Origin: an uncultured Gammaproteobacteria bacterium
GTDB lineage: Bacteria; Patescibacteriota; Patescibacteriia; Magasanikbacterales; UBA922
NCBI GenBank assembly: GCA_964522405.1
Contig: CAZFTR010000002.1
Location: 8,032 to 72,031 of the forward strand
DNA length: 64,000 nt
Direction: 5' to 3'
Position numbers and translations under genes: made by a program
Notes under the pieces: generated by a model
Databases searched by the model: none
Told to the model about the DNA's origin: nothing
Seen by the model: only the letters and a program-made list of their open reading frames with translations
In this document: one piece after another, positions 49,970 through 59,206 of the stretch
How positions within the stretch are numbered: position 1 is the first letter of the stretch
How the letters are laid out: each line of letters starts with the position of its first letter

Positions 49970-50617
49970 ATGTCTCAATTTTCGAAAATAGATCTAAATG
50001 GTACAAAAGGAATTTTGCTTGATTTTGATAATGCACTTTATAAATATGATCCATGCCATCAACATGCTCTCGATTCAGTGTATTTTGAAATCAAAAAACA
50101 TCTAGATGTCGAGTCTTTTGAGCAATTTTTGGATTTTTATAAAAAAGCACAAAAAAAGGTTAAGGCAAATATACCTGACAGAGCTGCTTCACATTCAAGG
50201 TTGCTTTATTTTCAAATTTTGTTTGAAGACTATTTTGGACATGTGAAAGTTGGTTTAAACTTACAGTTTGAAAAACTTTATTGGAATTCATTTTTTGAAA
50301 AAATGGTTCTGGCAGATGATGTGTTAGATTTTCTTGAAAAGTGTAAAAAAGAGAGCATTAGAATATGTGTTGTGACTGACCTGACTGCGCAAATTCAGTT
50401 TAAGAAATTTTTACATTTGGGTCTGGAAAAGTATTTTGATTTTGTAGTTAGTTCAGAAGAAGCAGGAATGGAAAAACCTGGTGAGGGAATTTTCTTGCTT
50501 GCATTACAGAAGCTGGGAATGAGCAAAGACGATGTTTTGGTAATAGGGGACAGTAAAAAAAGGGATATAGCAGGCGCAGAAAATCTTGGCATAAGAAGCC
50601 ACTTAATAGAATTATGA
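49970..50617 (+). CDS. HAD-family phosphatase
   Basis: LLDFDNALY, VTD, EKP, IGDS..RDI.GA. Confidence 0.9.
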   Translation: MSQFSKIDLNGTKGILLDFDNALYKYDPCHQHALDSVYFEIKKHLDVESFEQFLDFYKKAQKKVKANIPDRAASHSRLLYFQILFEDYFGHVKVGLNLQFEKLYWNSFFEKMVLADDVLDFLEKCKKESIRICVVTDLTAQIQFKKFLHLGLEKYFDFVVSSEEAGMEKPGEGIFLLALQKLGMSKDDVLVIGDSKKRDIAGAENLGIRSHLIEL

Positions 50618-52761
50618 TAAAGGGTTTTTCAAAAAAATACCTGCATGACAAAACCGGAAAATTTAAACTGGACATTCTGAAATCCCGTATTTTTCTTTCA
50701 GTTCTTGGTTTGAAGATAGTATCTTCTTTTTTATTTGCTTCAAATTACTTAACAGAATTGTTTGCTCGCTTTGTAAACTACTTTGTGGTCAGTGGATTTC
50801 AAAATCCATACCAGTTTTTCTACAATCTGGATATTTTAAATGTTTTTCCATATCCACAAGTAATGCTTTGGATATTAGCCATACCTAGATTTTTATTTAG
50901 TCCATTTCTCAGTGCAAATTATCTTGATGTTAGCTTTTTGGATTTATTTGTTTATAGAATTCCAGTCTTATTAGCTGATACAGTTATTTTGGTGGTCTTG
51001 GCTCGCTGGCTCAAAAACAAGCAAGATAAATTATTAAAATATTATTGGTGTTCACCGATTTTATTTTATATAAGTTATATTCATGGGCAGCTCGACGCTC
51101 TTCCAATAATGTTATTATTTTTATCGCTCTATCTTTTATTCAAAGAGAGGTTTTATTGGTCAGTTGCTTTGCTCGGTTTGGCAATTTCTGCTAAAACAGG
51201 TTTGCTAATTGTATATCCTTTTGTGTTGGTCTATTTCTTGCTACAAAAAATAAGAATTAGAGAAATAATTGCACTAGCTTTAGTGCCAGTTTTGGTTTTT
51301 TTAATCTTTAATATTAATTATCTATTTACTCCTGCTTTTATTGAATTAGTTTTAAATACCAAAGAGCAATTTAAAATTTTTGATTTTAAATATCAAATTG
51401 GCGGAGATTTTGTGATTTATTTTGTACCACTTGCTTATTTTGTATTGTTTGTTAAAAGTTTGACTTATCGGGTATTTAACAAGGATGTTTTTTTGATGTT
51501 TTTAGGATTTAGTTTTGGTATTTTGACTTTGTTTATTCCGCCGATGCAGGGTTGGTATTTTTGGATAATTCCTTTTTTTATTTATTTTTATATAAAAGAA
51601 GAAAATGCTCCAAAGTTTACTTTTATTCTTTTGAATTTATTTTATTTCTTGTATTTTCTAGTTGTCAAAAATTCAGATTATTTGCAGGTTTTTCAGTTGA
51701 TTTTGCCAAGTCTGGCAGCCAAGCAAAATCTCTATCATTATCTAAGTGGATTAGGGATAAATGCTCAAGTTTTGGTGAATACCATTTTTACTCTATTGCA
51801 AGCAACTTTGCTTTTAAATATTCTCTGGATTTATAAAAAAGGAATTGAATCAAATACTAATTACAAAATTAAATACCAGCCATACTTGATCGGCATAGCA
51901 GGGGACTCAGGAAGTGGAAAAAGTATTTTGTCTGATTTGATGATAAATAAATTTGGCCATAAAAATACTTTACTTCTTGAGGGTGATGATATGCATAAGT
52001 GGGAGCGTGGAGATAGAAATTGGCAGGAGTTTACTCATCTTGATCCAAGAGCAAACAAATTGCATGATGATCTGCAAAGCGCTTTGAAGCTAAAAAAAGG
52101 AGATAAAATTAAGAGAAGTATTTATGATCATAGTACTGGAAAATTCAGACTTCCTAAAAAAATTGAATCTAAAAAAATAATTCTTTTCCAGGGTTTGCAT
52201 TCATTGTATTTAGAAAAAATGAGAAATCTTTATGATCTGAAAGTCTTTTTAAAACCAAGTGAAGATCTGCGATTGCATTGGAAAATAGTTAGAGATACCA
52301 AAGATAGAAATTCAGAACGTCAAAAAGTTGAACAACAGATCAAAGATAGAGAATCAGATGCCAAGAGGTATATTCAAAAGCAGCAAGAACATGCAGATAT
52401 TGTAGTTTCTTTTGAAAATAAAAAAGAAATTACTAATCTGGGAGATAAAAAGGAAGATATTAGTTTAGCTTTGAAAGTTAAATTTGAAAATGGCATTGAT
52501 ATAGATCCTTTACTTCATGAGCTCGACAAGTTGGGTTCAATAAAATACCAACATCTACATCAAACAGACAGTCAATATCTGGAATTTCACGGAAAAATTA
52601 GCAAAGAAAAAATAGATAAAATTGCTTATGGTCTGATGCCAGATCTGTGGGATATTTTAAATATTGAGCCAGATTGGAGCAGTGACCTCAATGGAATTTT
52701 GCAGTTATTCATTTCTTATTATATTTTTTATAAAATGAAAATTGATGAGTATGCAGGATGA
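50614..52761 (+). CDS. Fusion of a GT-C-like membrane domain and a phosphoribulokinase/uridine kinase domain
   Basis: Multi-TM N-terminus (FPYP, HGQLD); C-terminal IAGDSGSGKS, GDDMHKWER, YDHSTGKF, GLH. Confidence 0.8.
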   Translation: MIKGFSKKYLHDKTGKFKLDILKSRIFLSVLGLKIVSSFLFASNYLTELFARFVNYFVVSGFQNPYQFFYNLDILNVFPYPQVMLWILAIPRFLFSPFLSANYLDVSFLDLFVYRIPVLLADTVILVVLARWLKNKQDKLLKYYWCSPILFYISYIHGQLDALPIMLLFLSLYLLFKERFYWSVALLGLAISAKTGLLIVYPFVLVYFLLQKIRIREIIALALVPVLVFLIFNINYLFTPAFIELVLNTKEQFKIFDFKYQIGGDFVIYFVPLAYFVLFVKSLTYRVFNKDVFLMFLGFSFGILTLFIPPMQGWYFWIIPFFIYFYIKEENAPKFTFILLNLFYFLYFLVVKNSDYLQVFQLILPSLAAKQNLYHYLSGLGINAQVLVNTIFTLLQATLLLNILWIYKKGIESNTNYKIKYQPYLIGIAGDSGSGKSILSDLMINKFGHKNTLLLEGDDMHKWERGDRNWQEFTHLDPRANKLHDDLQSALKLKKGDKIKRSIYDHSTGKFRLPKKIESKKIILFQGLHSLYLEKMRNLYDLKVFLKPSEDLRLHWKIVRDTKDRNSERQKVEQQIKDRESDAKRYIQKQQEHADIVVSFENKKEITNLGDKKEDISLALKVKFENGIDIDPLLHELDKLGSIKYQHLHQTDSQYLEFHGKISKEKIDKIAYGLMPDLWDILNIEPDWSSDLNGILQLFISYYIFYKMKIDEYAG

Positions 52762-53782
52762 GTTGTTAAAAGAATTAGTGGAAATTTCTCATATTATTGG
52801 TCAAAAGTCTGATTTTGTTCAAGGTGGTGGGGGAAATACTTCTGTGAAAATCGATGAAAATACCATGGCCATCAAAGCTTCTGGTTTTAATTTGTCTGAC
52901 ATTAGAGAAGATGATGGTGTTGTTTTGGTTGAACATCAGAAAATCAAAAGTTATTATCGAGAAAATTCAAACAGTCTAACTGAAGATCAGGCAATTTCTT
53001 TTAACAGATCAACTGTTTTAAAATCAGATTTATCTGAAGATTTACGACCTTCAATTGAAACAGGTTTTCACGCTTTGCTGGATAAGTTTGTTATTCATTC
53101 TCATTCAGTTTATGTAAATATAGTATCTTGCGCAGAAGGCGGAGAAGGTATTATGCATAAGATTTTCAAAGATTCAGATCTAAATATACTTTGGCTAGAT
53201 TACTTTAGCCCGGGTTTATATCTAACTCTCGGCATGAGTCAACTTTTGGGTAATTATCATAAATCAGAATTTCCAGATGCAGTATTTATGAAAAATCATG
53301 GATTAGTTGTAAATGCAAAAACTTCTCAAAAAGCAGTAGAAATTCATCAAGAGATAAATAGTACAATAAAAAAATATTTTAGCTTAGATAAAAATTATCC
53401 ACAAATTGAAATCAAACAGCTCAATGAAAACCTATATCAAAGTAATTCAGAATATCTACTGAATTTCTTAAGACAAAATCCAGATAAAATTAAAAATTTT
53501 CCAAAACAGATTTTATTTCCTGATCAGGTTGTTTTTGGTGATGATATTAGTTTTCAGGGTTTACAGGAAAATAAGATAAACTTTGACTTAGAAGAAAACC
53601 AGGTTTTTTATAAGGCTAGTAAAAAACAAGCCAAGACAATTGAAGAATTACTAATTGCTTGGATTTTCATAATTGAGAATATTGAAAATCAGGGATTGCA
53701 ATTAGAAATTTTAAATAATGAACAAGTAGAATATATTAGGCAGATGAGTAGTGAAAAATATCGCAAAAAATTAATAAAATAA
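52742..53782 (+). CDS. Class II aldolase/adducin family protein
   Basis: GGGGNTSVK, IKASG, RPSIET.FH, HSH, MKNHG. Confidence 0.88.
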   Translation: MMSMQDELLKELVEISHIIGQKSDFVQGGGGNTSVKIDENTMAIKASGFNLSDIREDDGVVLVEHQKIKSYYRENSNSLTEDQAISFNRSTVLKSDLSEDLRPSIETGFHALLDKFVIHSHSVYVNIVSCAEGGEGIMHKIFKDSDLNILWLDYFSPGLYLTLGMSQLLGNYHKSEFPDAVFMKNHGLVVNAKTSQKAVEIHQEINSTIKKYFSLDKNYPQIEIKQLNENLYQSNSEYLLNFLRQNPDKIKNFPKQILFPDQVVFGDDISFQGLQENKINFDLEENQVFYKASKKQAKTIEELLIAWIFIIENIENQGLQLEILNNEQVEYIRQMSSEKYRKKLIK

Positions 53783-53839
53783 AAATATCTTGAGTAGAGA
53801 TATTTTTTTTAAAATTCATTTAAAATTTAGCACATAGGC

Positions 53840-53922
53840 AGGGGGTCGTGTCACTCTCCTCGATCCCCCTTGGTAGCTGCCCGCTATGCGGGCCTTCTGG
53901 TTGTGGCTGGCCGCTGCCAGCC
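53840..53922 (-). other. Three tandem 3' hairpins of high-GC cassette 3
   Basis: Stems at 53840-53870 (loop tgtcactctcct), 53879-53893 and 53905-53922. Confidence 0.75.
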
Positions 53923-54926
53923 TAGTAGTCCTTGGTGAGGAGCGAGCCGGCGCCGTAGGACTGGTCGAAGGCGTTGGCTGCTCGGGTCAGCATCGTTACC
54001 ATCGAAGTCCGGCGCGCCACCACCCAGCCCTGACGGTGATGCATGTCCTTGAGCTCCGCGTTGGCGGCGTTCCCGACGAGCGGTCGGCCGTAGATGTTGC
54101 GCGGCCTGGTCATGTGGCCGCTCTGGGAGAAGGGGCCGATAGGGTCGGTGTCCCAGGTCTTCCAGTCGGGCTGGCGGTTGAAGATGGCGTTGATCCAGTC
54201 GAGCTCGGCGAAGGCCGGCAGGTCTTCCGGGTTCTCCGGCTCGAAGACGCTGCGCAGGAACTGCAGGATCTGGGTGCCGGCACCTCCCACCGGAACCTGA
54301 ATGACCTCGACGCCCTTCTGAAGCAGGAAGGCAGGGAACTCGATGTCTCCGTAGTTCTGCGGGTAGGAGCGCCGGATGCCGATCCGCGGGACAGAGGTGG
54401 TGTCGACTTCGGTCCGCTTGAGCTTGACCTCGACCCAGTTGCCCGCCTGGTCGGCTTTCCCGATCTTGCACTCGCCGCCCATGATGATGGCGGCGTACTC
54501 GCCGAGCACGTCGAAGATCAGGCCGACCCTGGACATGAAGTTTCGGGAGAGCTCCGTGCGCTCGAGCAGGCTGACCAGAGTGGTCGGGCCAATCAGCGCG
54601 TCGGTGCCCGCGGTCTTCACAGCGTCGCCGGTCCCGTCACAGGGATCGACCTGGAAGGCCTTGAGGGCGAAGGGCCGCAGCCCCGAGTCCGCTTCCTCGG
54701 AGAACGAGGCCGGATGCAGGGCCGAGAGCCCACCGAACTCGCCGTTGCCGTTGAGGATGAAGCTCGAGGCCGAGAGATCCATGTTGGTCACCACTTCGCC
54801 GAGGTCGGCGCCGTGGTCGATGACCTGGATACCCTTCTTGCCGAGAGCCGGCTTGATGGCGGCTCGTGTCGCCGTCACGACCAGGGGAAAGACCACCTGG
54901 GTCATGACATCGAAAAGATTCTTCAA
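53922..54926 (-). CDS. High-GC inositol monophosphatase/CysQ-family phosphatase
   Basis: VVTNMD, SEE, VDPCDGT and WDT motifs; TTG start with SD AGAGGA 6 nt upstream; TTGACA at 55010-55005. One sampled 60-nt line was 70% GC. Confidence 0.8.
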   Translation of the reverse strand: MKNLFDVMTQVVFPLVVTATRAAIKPALGKKGIQVIDHGADLGEVVTNMDLSASSFILNGNGEFGGLSALHPASFSEEADSGLRPFALKAFQVDPCDGTGDAVKTAGTDALIGPTTLVSLLERTELSRNFMSRVGLIFDVLGEYAAIIMGGECKIGKADQAGNWVEVKLKRTEVDTTSVPRIGIRRSYPQNYGDIEFPAFLLQKGVEVIQVPVGGAGTQILQFLRSVFEPENPEDLPAFAELDWINAIFNRQPDWKTWDTDPIGPFSQSGHMTRPRNIYGRPLVGNAANAELKDMHHRQGWVVARRTSMVTMLTRAANAFDQSYGAGSLLTKDY

Positions 54927-55091
54927 TTCTGATCCTCTTTGAGGGGTTTTAGGAGAGTGACACTTGAAATGTACTGGCTATATATAAGCATAAATTAGCC
55001 AAATTGTCAAATATATGAAGAGTCTAAAAACTTGCATTTTTAGTGAAAAAATGTATAATGTAGAGACTAATTTAATGGATTTTTTGGCTCT

Positions 55092-56006
55092 ATGAAGGTG
55101 ATAATTCCCATGTCAGGAGAGGGAAGTAGATTTATAAAAGTTGGCTATACTGTACCCAAGCCAATAATCAGGGTTGATGGAGTTCCAATCATTGAACATG
55201 TCATAGATCTCTTCCCTGGAGATAGTGATTTTGTCTTTGTTTGTAGAGAGGAACATCTGAAAAATACCAATGTTAAGCAAATCTTACTCAATAAATGTCC
55301 TAATGCTCAAATAGTTTCAGAAGTGGGTAGAAAACTAGGTCCAGTGGCTAGTGCTCGAAAAGCCTATGATTATATAGATGATGATGAAGAAGTGATAGTA
55401 AATTACTGTGATTTCTTCATGGCTTGGGATTATGAAGACTTTAAGAAGTTTGTCAGAGGATCAGAATGTGATGCCTGCTTACCAGCTTATACCGGTTTTC
55501 ATACTCATTTATTGCATCCTGAAAATCTCTATGCCAGTATGATAACTGGCCCGGATGGATTTATGACGGAAATCAGAGAAAAATATAGCTTTACTGAAGA
55601 TAAAGCTCTATCTCGCCACTCACCTGGAACTCATTATTTCAAAAAAGGAAAATATGTCAAGAAATATTTTGATCAGCAAGTAGAGCAAGATGTAAATCTC
55701 AATGGAGAATACTATGCCAGTATGACTTTTAATCTTTTAAAAGATGATGGATTGAAAATTTCAGTTTATGATAAAATTCCGCATTTCTGCCAGTGGGGAA
55801 CTGCTCGCGATTTAGAAGAATACGAAGCTTGGTCAAGATTATTTGCCAAAGAGTCAGGAAAAGAAAAAGGCCATACTGACATTCCAAGTTCAAGAGAAGA
55901 TAAAATTAAAATTCCATTTGAAGAAAATTCAGAGCAATATCAAAAATCATATAATTATTGGAAAAAGTTTTTTTCAGATTTTAAATATCATCCATTTAAT
56001 AAATAA
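55092..56006 (+). CDS. Nucleotidyltransferase-like (GT-A) protein
   Basis: IPMSGEGSRF...GY..PKP.I, VNYCD, NGEYY, WGT..DL. Confidence 0.85.
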   Translation: MKVIIPMSGEGSRFIKVGYTVPKPIIRVDGVPIIEHVIDLFPGDSDFVFVCREEHLKNTNVKQILLNKCPNAQIVSEVGRKLGPVASARKAYDYIDDDEEVIVNYCDFFMAWDYEDFKKFVRGSECDACLPAYTGFHTHLLHPENLYASMITGPDGFMTEIREKYSFTEDKALSRHSPGTHYFKKGKYVKKYFDQQVEQDVNLNGEYYASMTFNLLKDDGLKISVYDKIPHFCQWGTARDLEEYEAWSRLFAKESGKEKGHTDIPSSREDKIKIPFEENSEQYQKSYNYWKKFFSDFKYHPFNK

Positions 56007-56015
56007 TACTAGAAT

Positions 56016-56843
56016 ATGGCAAATATAATGCCAATGGCAGGTGAGGGTTCAAGATTTAGTGGAGCTGGTTACAAATTACCAAAAGCTCTAATTCCGGTTT
56101 CAGGAAAACCAATGATTGTAAGAGTTATAGAATCATTACCTGAATCTGATAAAAATATTTTTATAGTTCGACAGGAGCATATTGATGATTACAAAATTGA
56201 TGAACTTATAAAAAGCGCGGTTGAAGGCGCGGTTATTGTGCCAGTTTCAGAAACTACAGAGGGACAAGCTTCAACTTGTATGCTAGCTATGCCTCATCTC
56301 GATCCTGAAGATGATATGTTTATTGCTGCCTGTGACAATAGTTTTGTTTTTGACAAGCAAAAATACCAGGATTTAATAAGTGATTCCAGTGTAGATTCAA
56401 TTATTTGGACTTTTACTCAAAATCAATTGCTAAAAGATAAGCCAGAAGCATGGGGCTGGATAAAACTAGAGGATGATGGTTTAACTATTGATGACATGTC
56501 AGTAAAAATTCCAGTGTCTGAGGATCCTTTCAATGATCATGCTGTTGTGGCCACTTTTTATTTCAAAAAAGCCAGCGAATTTGAAGAAGCTTATAATTTG
56601 ATGGTAAAAGAAGATTATCGAGTAAACGGCGAATTTTATGTTGATTCTATGCCGGTATTTTACAAAAAACTTGGCAAGAGAAGTGTGATATTTGATGTTG
56701 ATCTCTATATTGGTTGGGGTAAGCCTCAAGATCTCTATGATTATCAGGAAAAAGAATATAATTATTTGCATCACAGGGAAAAGTTTAATCAAGACAAAGA
56801 TGCAGATAAATGGTCTGGATTTTTTATTGAGTTACCTAATTAA
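56016..56843 (+). CDS. Nucleotidyltransferase-like (GT-A) protein, paralog
   Basis: MPMAGEGSRF..AGY.LPK.LI, TEGQA.T, ACD, NGEFYVD, WGKP.DL. Confidence 0.85.
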   Translation: MANIMPMAGEGSRFSGAGYKLPKALIPVSGKPMIVRVIESLPESDKNIFIVRQEHIDDYKIDELIKSAVEGAVIVPVSETTEGQASTCMLAMPHLDPEDDMFIAACDNSFVFDKQKYQDLISDSSVDSIIWTFTQNQLLKDKPEAWGWIKLEDDGLTIDDMSVKIPVSEDPFNDHAVVATFYFKKASEFEEAYNLMVKEDYRVNGEFYVDSMPVFYKKLGKRSVIFDVDLYIGWGKPQDLYDYQEKEYNYLHHREKFNQDKDADKWSGFFIELPN

Positions 56844-56851
56844 TTGGTTTT

Positions 56852-57544
56852 ATGTTAAAAATTGCTAAGAAAAGCCATTTCCTTCAAGAATTAGTAGTGA
56901 AAATCATAGCTTCTATTCATCCGTCAATTGAGCATAATATTGATAAGGTTAAAATGCTTAAAAAAGCTTTTTTTCATTGTGAATTGGAAGAAATTGAAGG
57001 AGCTTATTTTGAATTTGGTACTTATGAAGGAACTTCTCTATATGCAGCAGTGCAAAATCATCGAAAAATAAAATCAAAAATTCCTAGAAAATTTTATGGT
57101 TATGATTCATTTGATGATGGATTTAAATATTTCAATGAAAAAGATCAGCATCCTTTTTTCAAAGAAGGAGATTTTGTAAGTTCATATGAGAAAGCAAAAA
57201 AACGTTTTAAAAAATTTAAAAATGTAGAGTTGATAAAAGGATATTTTGAAGAAACAGTTGGCGGAAAAGATATTAGCCAAATGTATCCGGGTGAAAAATG
57301 CGCCATTATTTTTATAGATTGTGATCTCATGGGTCCTGCACTGGTTTCTCTTGAATTTATTAAGCCTATTTTGCAAAGAGGTTCAGTAATTGTATTAGAT
57401 GATTTTTGGGCATATAGGGGAGATAACAAAAGGGGTACTCGTGGCGCATTGGGAACATTTCTCAAAGATAATCCAAATATCAAGCTGAGAGAATATTATA
57501 ATTATGGACATGGTGGAAAATCATTTATTGTTTCCGAGATTTAG
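56852..57544 (+). CDS. TylF/MycF-family O-methyltransferase
   Basis: G.YFEFGTYEG.S, YDSF, KGYFEET, IDCDL, LDD. Confidence 0.88.
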   Translation: MLKIAKKSHFLQELVVKIIASIHPSIEHNIDKVKMLKKAFFHCELEEIEGAYFEFGTYEGTSLYAAVQNHRKIKSKIPRKFYGYDSFDDGFKYFNEKDQHPFFKEGDFVSSYEKAKKRFKKFKNVELIKGYFEETVGGKDISQMYPGEKCAIIFIDCDLMGPALVSLEFIKPILQRGSVIVLDDFWAYRGDNKRGTRGALGTFLKDNPNIKLREYYNYGHGGKSFIVSEI

Positions 57545-57550
57545 AGATCT

Positions 57551-59203
57551 ATGATAGCCGGTCTAAAAAAACTAGTTTCAAAATTTAGCAAAAAGCAGTT
57601 TTTGCTAGTTTTTTTATTTTTACTTAGTTTTACATTTTTATTTGGCTTGAGAGTTAATTATAATTCTTATCATTATTCAAATTATGATGCTGATCAATAC
57701 CACACCGTTCATCAAGGTTTGAATTTGCTAGTCAACGGAGAAGTAGAGAATTTTCGGGTTCAGGAAGGTGCTCGTTGGATAGCAAGATTGTCTTATCCAT
57801 ATGCATTGATCAAGATGAATACTGTGATGGGTGGTAATGTTTTTCTTGATGATTGGGATTATCCCGGACATCAGTATGTGGTAAAAAATTACGTCAGTAA
57901 CTATGAGAATTTTAACCACAATTTGATTGATATAAATTTGCGAGATCTTTTCCAAAATATGAAATTGATTTATGTTCTTCTAGTATTTTTGAGTTTTTTG
58001 CCTTTGCTCTATTTGTTTTTTAAGAAAGGGTACTATTTTTTTGTTTTTGGATTAGTTGTTTTACTAGGTATAAATACTCAGTTACTATATGAACAGAGTA
58101 TTTTCTATGTTGAGCCAGCTCTACTTGCCTGTATAAATCTTTTGATTTTTACTTTTTTCTATTATCTGGACAAGCAGAAAATGACCTGGAAAAGCCTGGT
58201 TTTTTGTAGTTTTTTATTGGCTTTTTCTATTTCAGTGAAATTCACAGCATTGCCTCTTATAGCTTTATCGGCAATCAACATTTTTTATTTGGATGAAGAG
58301 AGTAAGAAGAGGTTTTTGAAATTTATCTACCTGCTTTTGGGCTTAGTTGGTTTTTATCTATTGATTAATTTCCCGGCTTTTTCAAGTTTGTCAAAATTTA
58401 ATTTGTTTATTCATGATTTTACTTCAAATTTTTGGCAATATGCAGCTGGCAGTAATTATGAGTATACAGTTGCTCCGGGATTGAATTACCTTAGTTTGAT
58501 GATAAGACAATTAGAGGGTTTGCTGGGGTATGCGCTTTATCTTTTGCCCGTAGTATGGTTTTTTGGTTTGTACTATGCCAATAAAAAAGAAAGGATTTTG
58601 TTACTGAGTTTTTCAGCGGTATTATTGTTTGTGATTTTTGCCCTGACTGGCCAAAGAATTTATATGGTTAGAAATTTAATTCCTTTTTATCCACTATTTC
58701 TTTTAGTTTTCCTGATTAGTTTGGATATTATTTATAGGGGTATTTCATACCCAAAGGGTATTCTCTTTCAGAAGAAAAAGAAAATCATGGTGTTTTCCCT
58801 AGTCATAGCGATTTTTTGGTTGTTTGGAATTGTAAATCATGGACAAGGTCTGCAAGCCTACAAAGAGGCTCTGATTCCGTGTTCGAAAATAGGATTTTTA
58901 GAAGAAATAGATCAAATCACCAAAACCCAAAAATATGATAAAATATACTCTGTTGGGTTTGATCTTGATTTCTTTGAAAATACTGATTTTGTAGATGGTA
59001 TTATCCGGGTAAATAATGCACCACAAAATCTCAACAATGTCAATTATGAGGAGTATCAGTCATTGTTTGCTGAATTGTCTGATAATTCTGTTTTAATGGT
59101 CAATCGAATAGGAAATAACAGCCAGCTAACCAATTATATATTGCCAAAGTATTTTAATCATAACCTGCAATATGGCAATTATTATTTATTTTTTAATAAT
59201 TAG
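57551..59203 (+). CDS. Multi-TM membrane protein (GT-C-like)
   Basis: Many TM segments; early YDAD loop; SVKF; RNLIP. Confidence 0.6.
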   Translation: MIAGLKKLVSKFSKKQFLLVFLFLLSFTFLFGLRVNYNSYHYSNYDADQYHTVHQGLNLLVNGEVENFRVQEGARWIARLSYPYALIKMNTVMGGNVFLDDWDYPGHQYVVKNYVSNYENFNHNLIDINLRDLFQNMKLIYVLLVFLSFLPLLYLFFKKGYYFFVFGLVVLLGINTQLLYEQSIFYVEPALLACINLLIFTFFYYLDKQKMTWKSLVFCSFLLAFSISVKFTALPLIALSAINIFYLDEESKKRFLKFIYLLLGLVGFYLLINFPAFSSLSKFNLFIHDFTSNFWQYAAGSNYEYTVAPGLNYLSLMIRQLEGLLGYALYLLPVVWFFGLYYANKKERILLLSFSAVLLFVIFALTGQRIYMVRNLIPFYPLFLLVFLISLDIIYRGISYPKGILFQKKKKIMVFSLVIAIFWLFGIVNHGQGLQAYKEALIPCSKIGFLEEIDQITKTQKYDKIYSVGFDLDFFENTDFVDGIIRVNNAPQNLNNVNYEEYQSLFAELSDNSVLMVNRIGNNSQLTNYILPKYFNHNLQYGNYYLFFNN

Positions 59204-59206
59204 CAT

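Noticed and set aside
53886-54932. 348-aa antisense ORF spanning cassette 3 (and the 190-aa ORF 40340-40912 spanning cassette 2)
   Set aside because: Both are codon-aligned with the real minus-strand genes. Avoidance of TTA/CTA/TCA codons in high-GC3 genes leaves the antisense frame open. No SD or family motifs.
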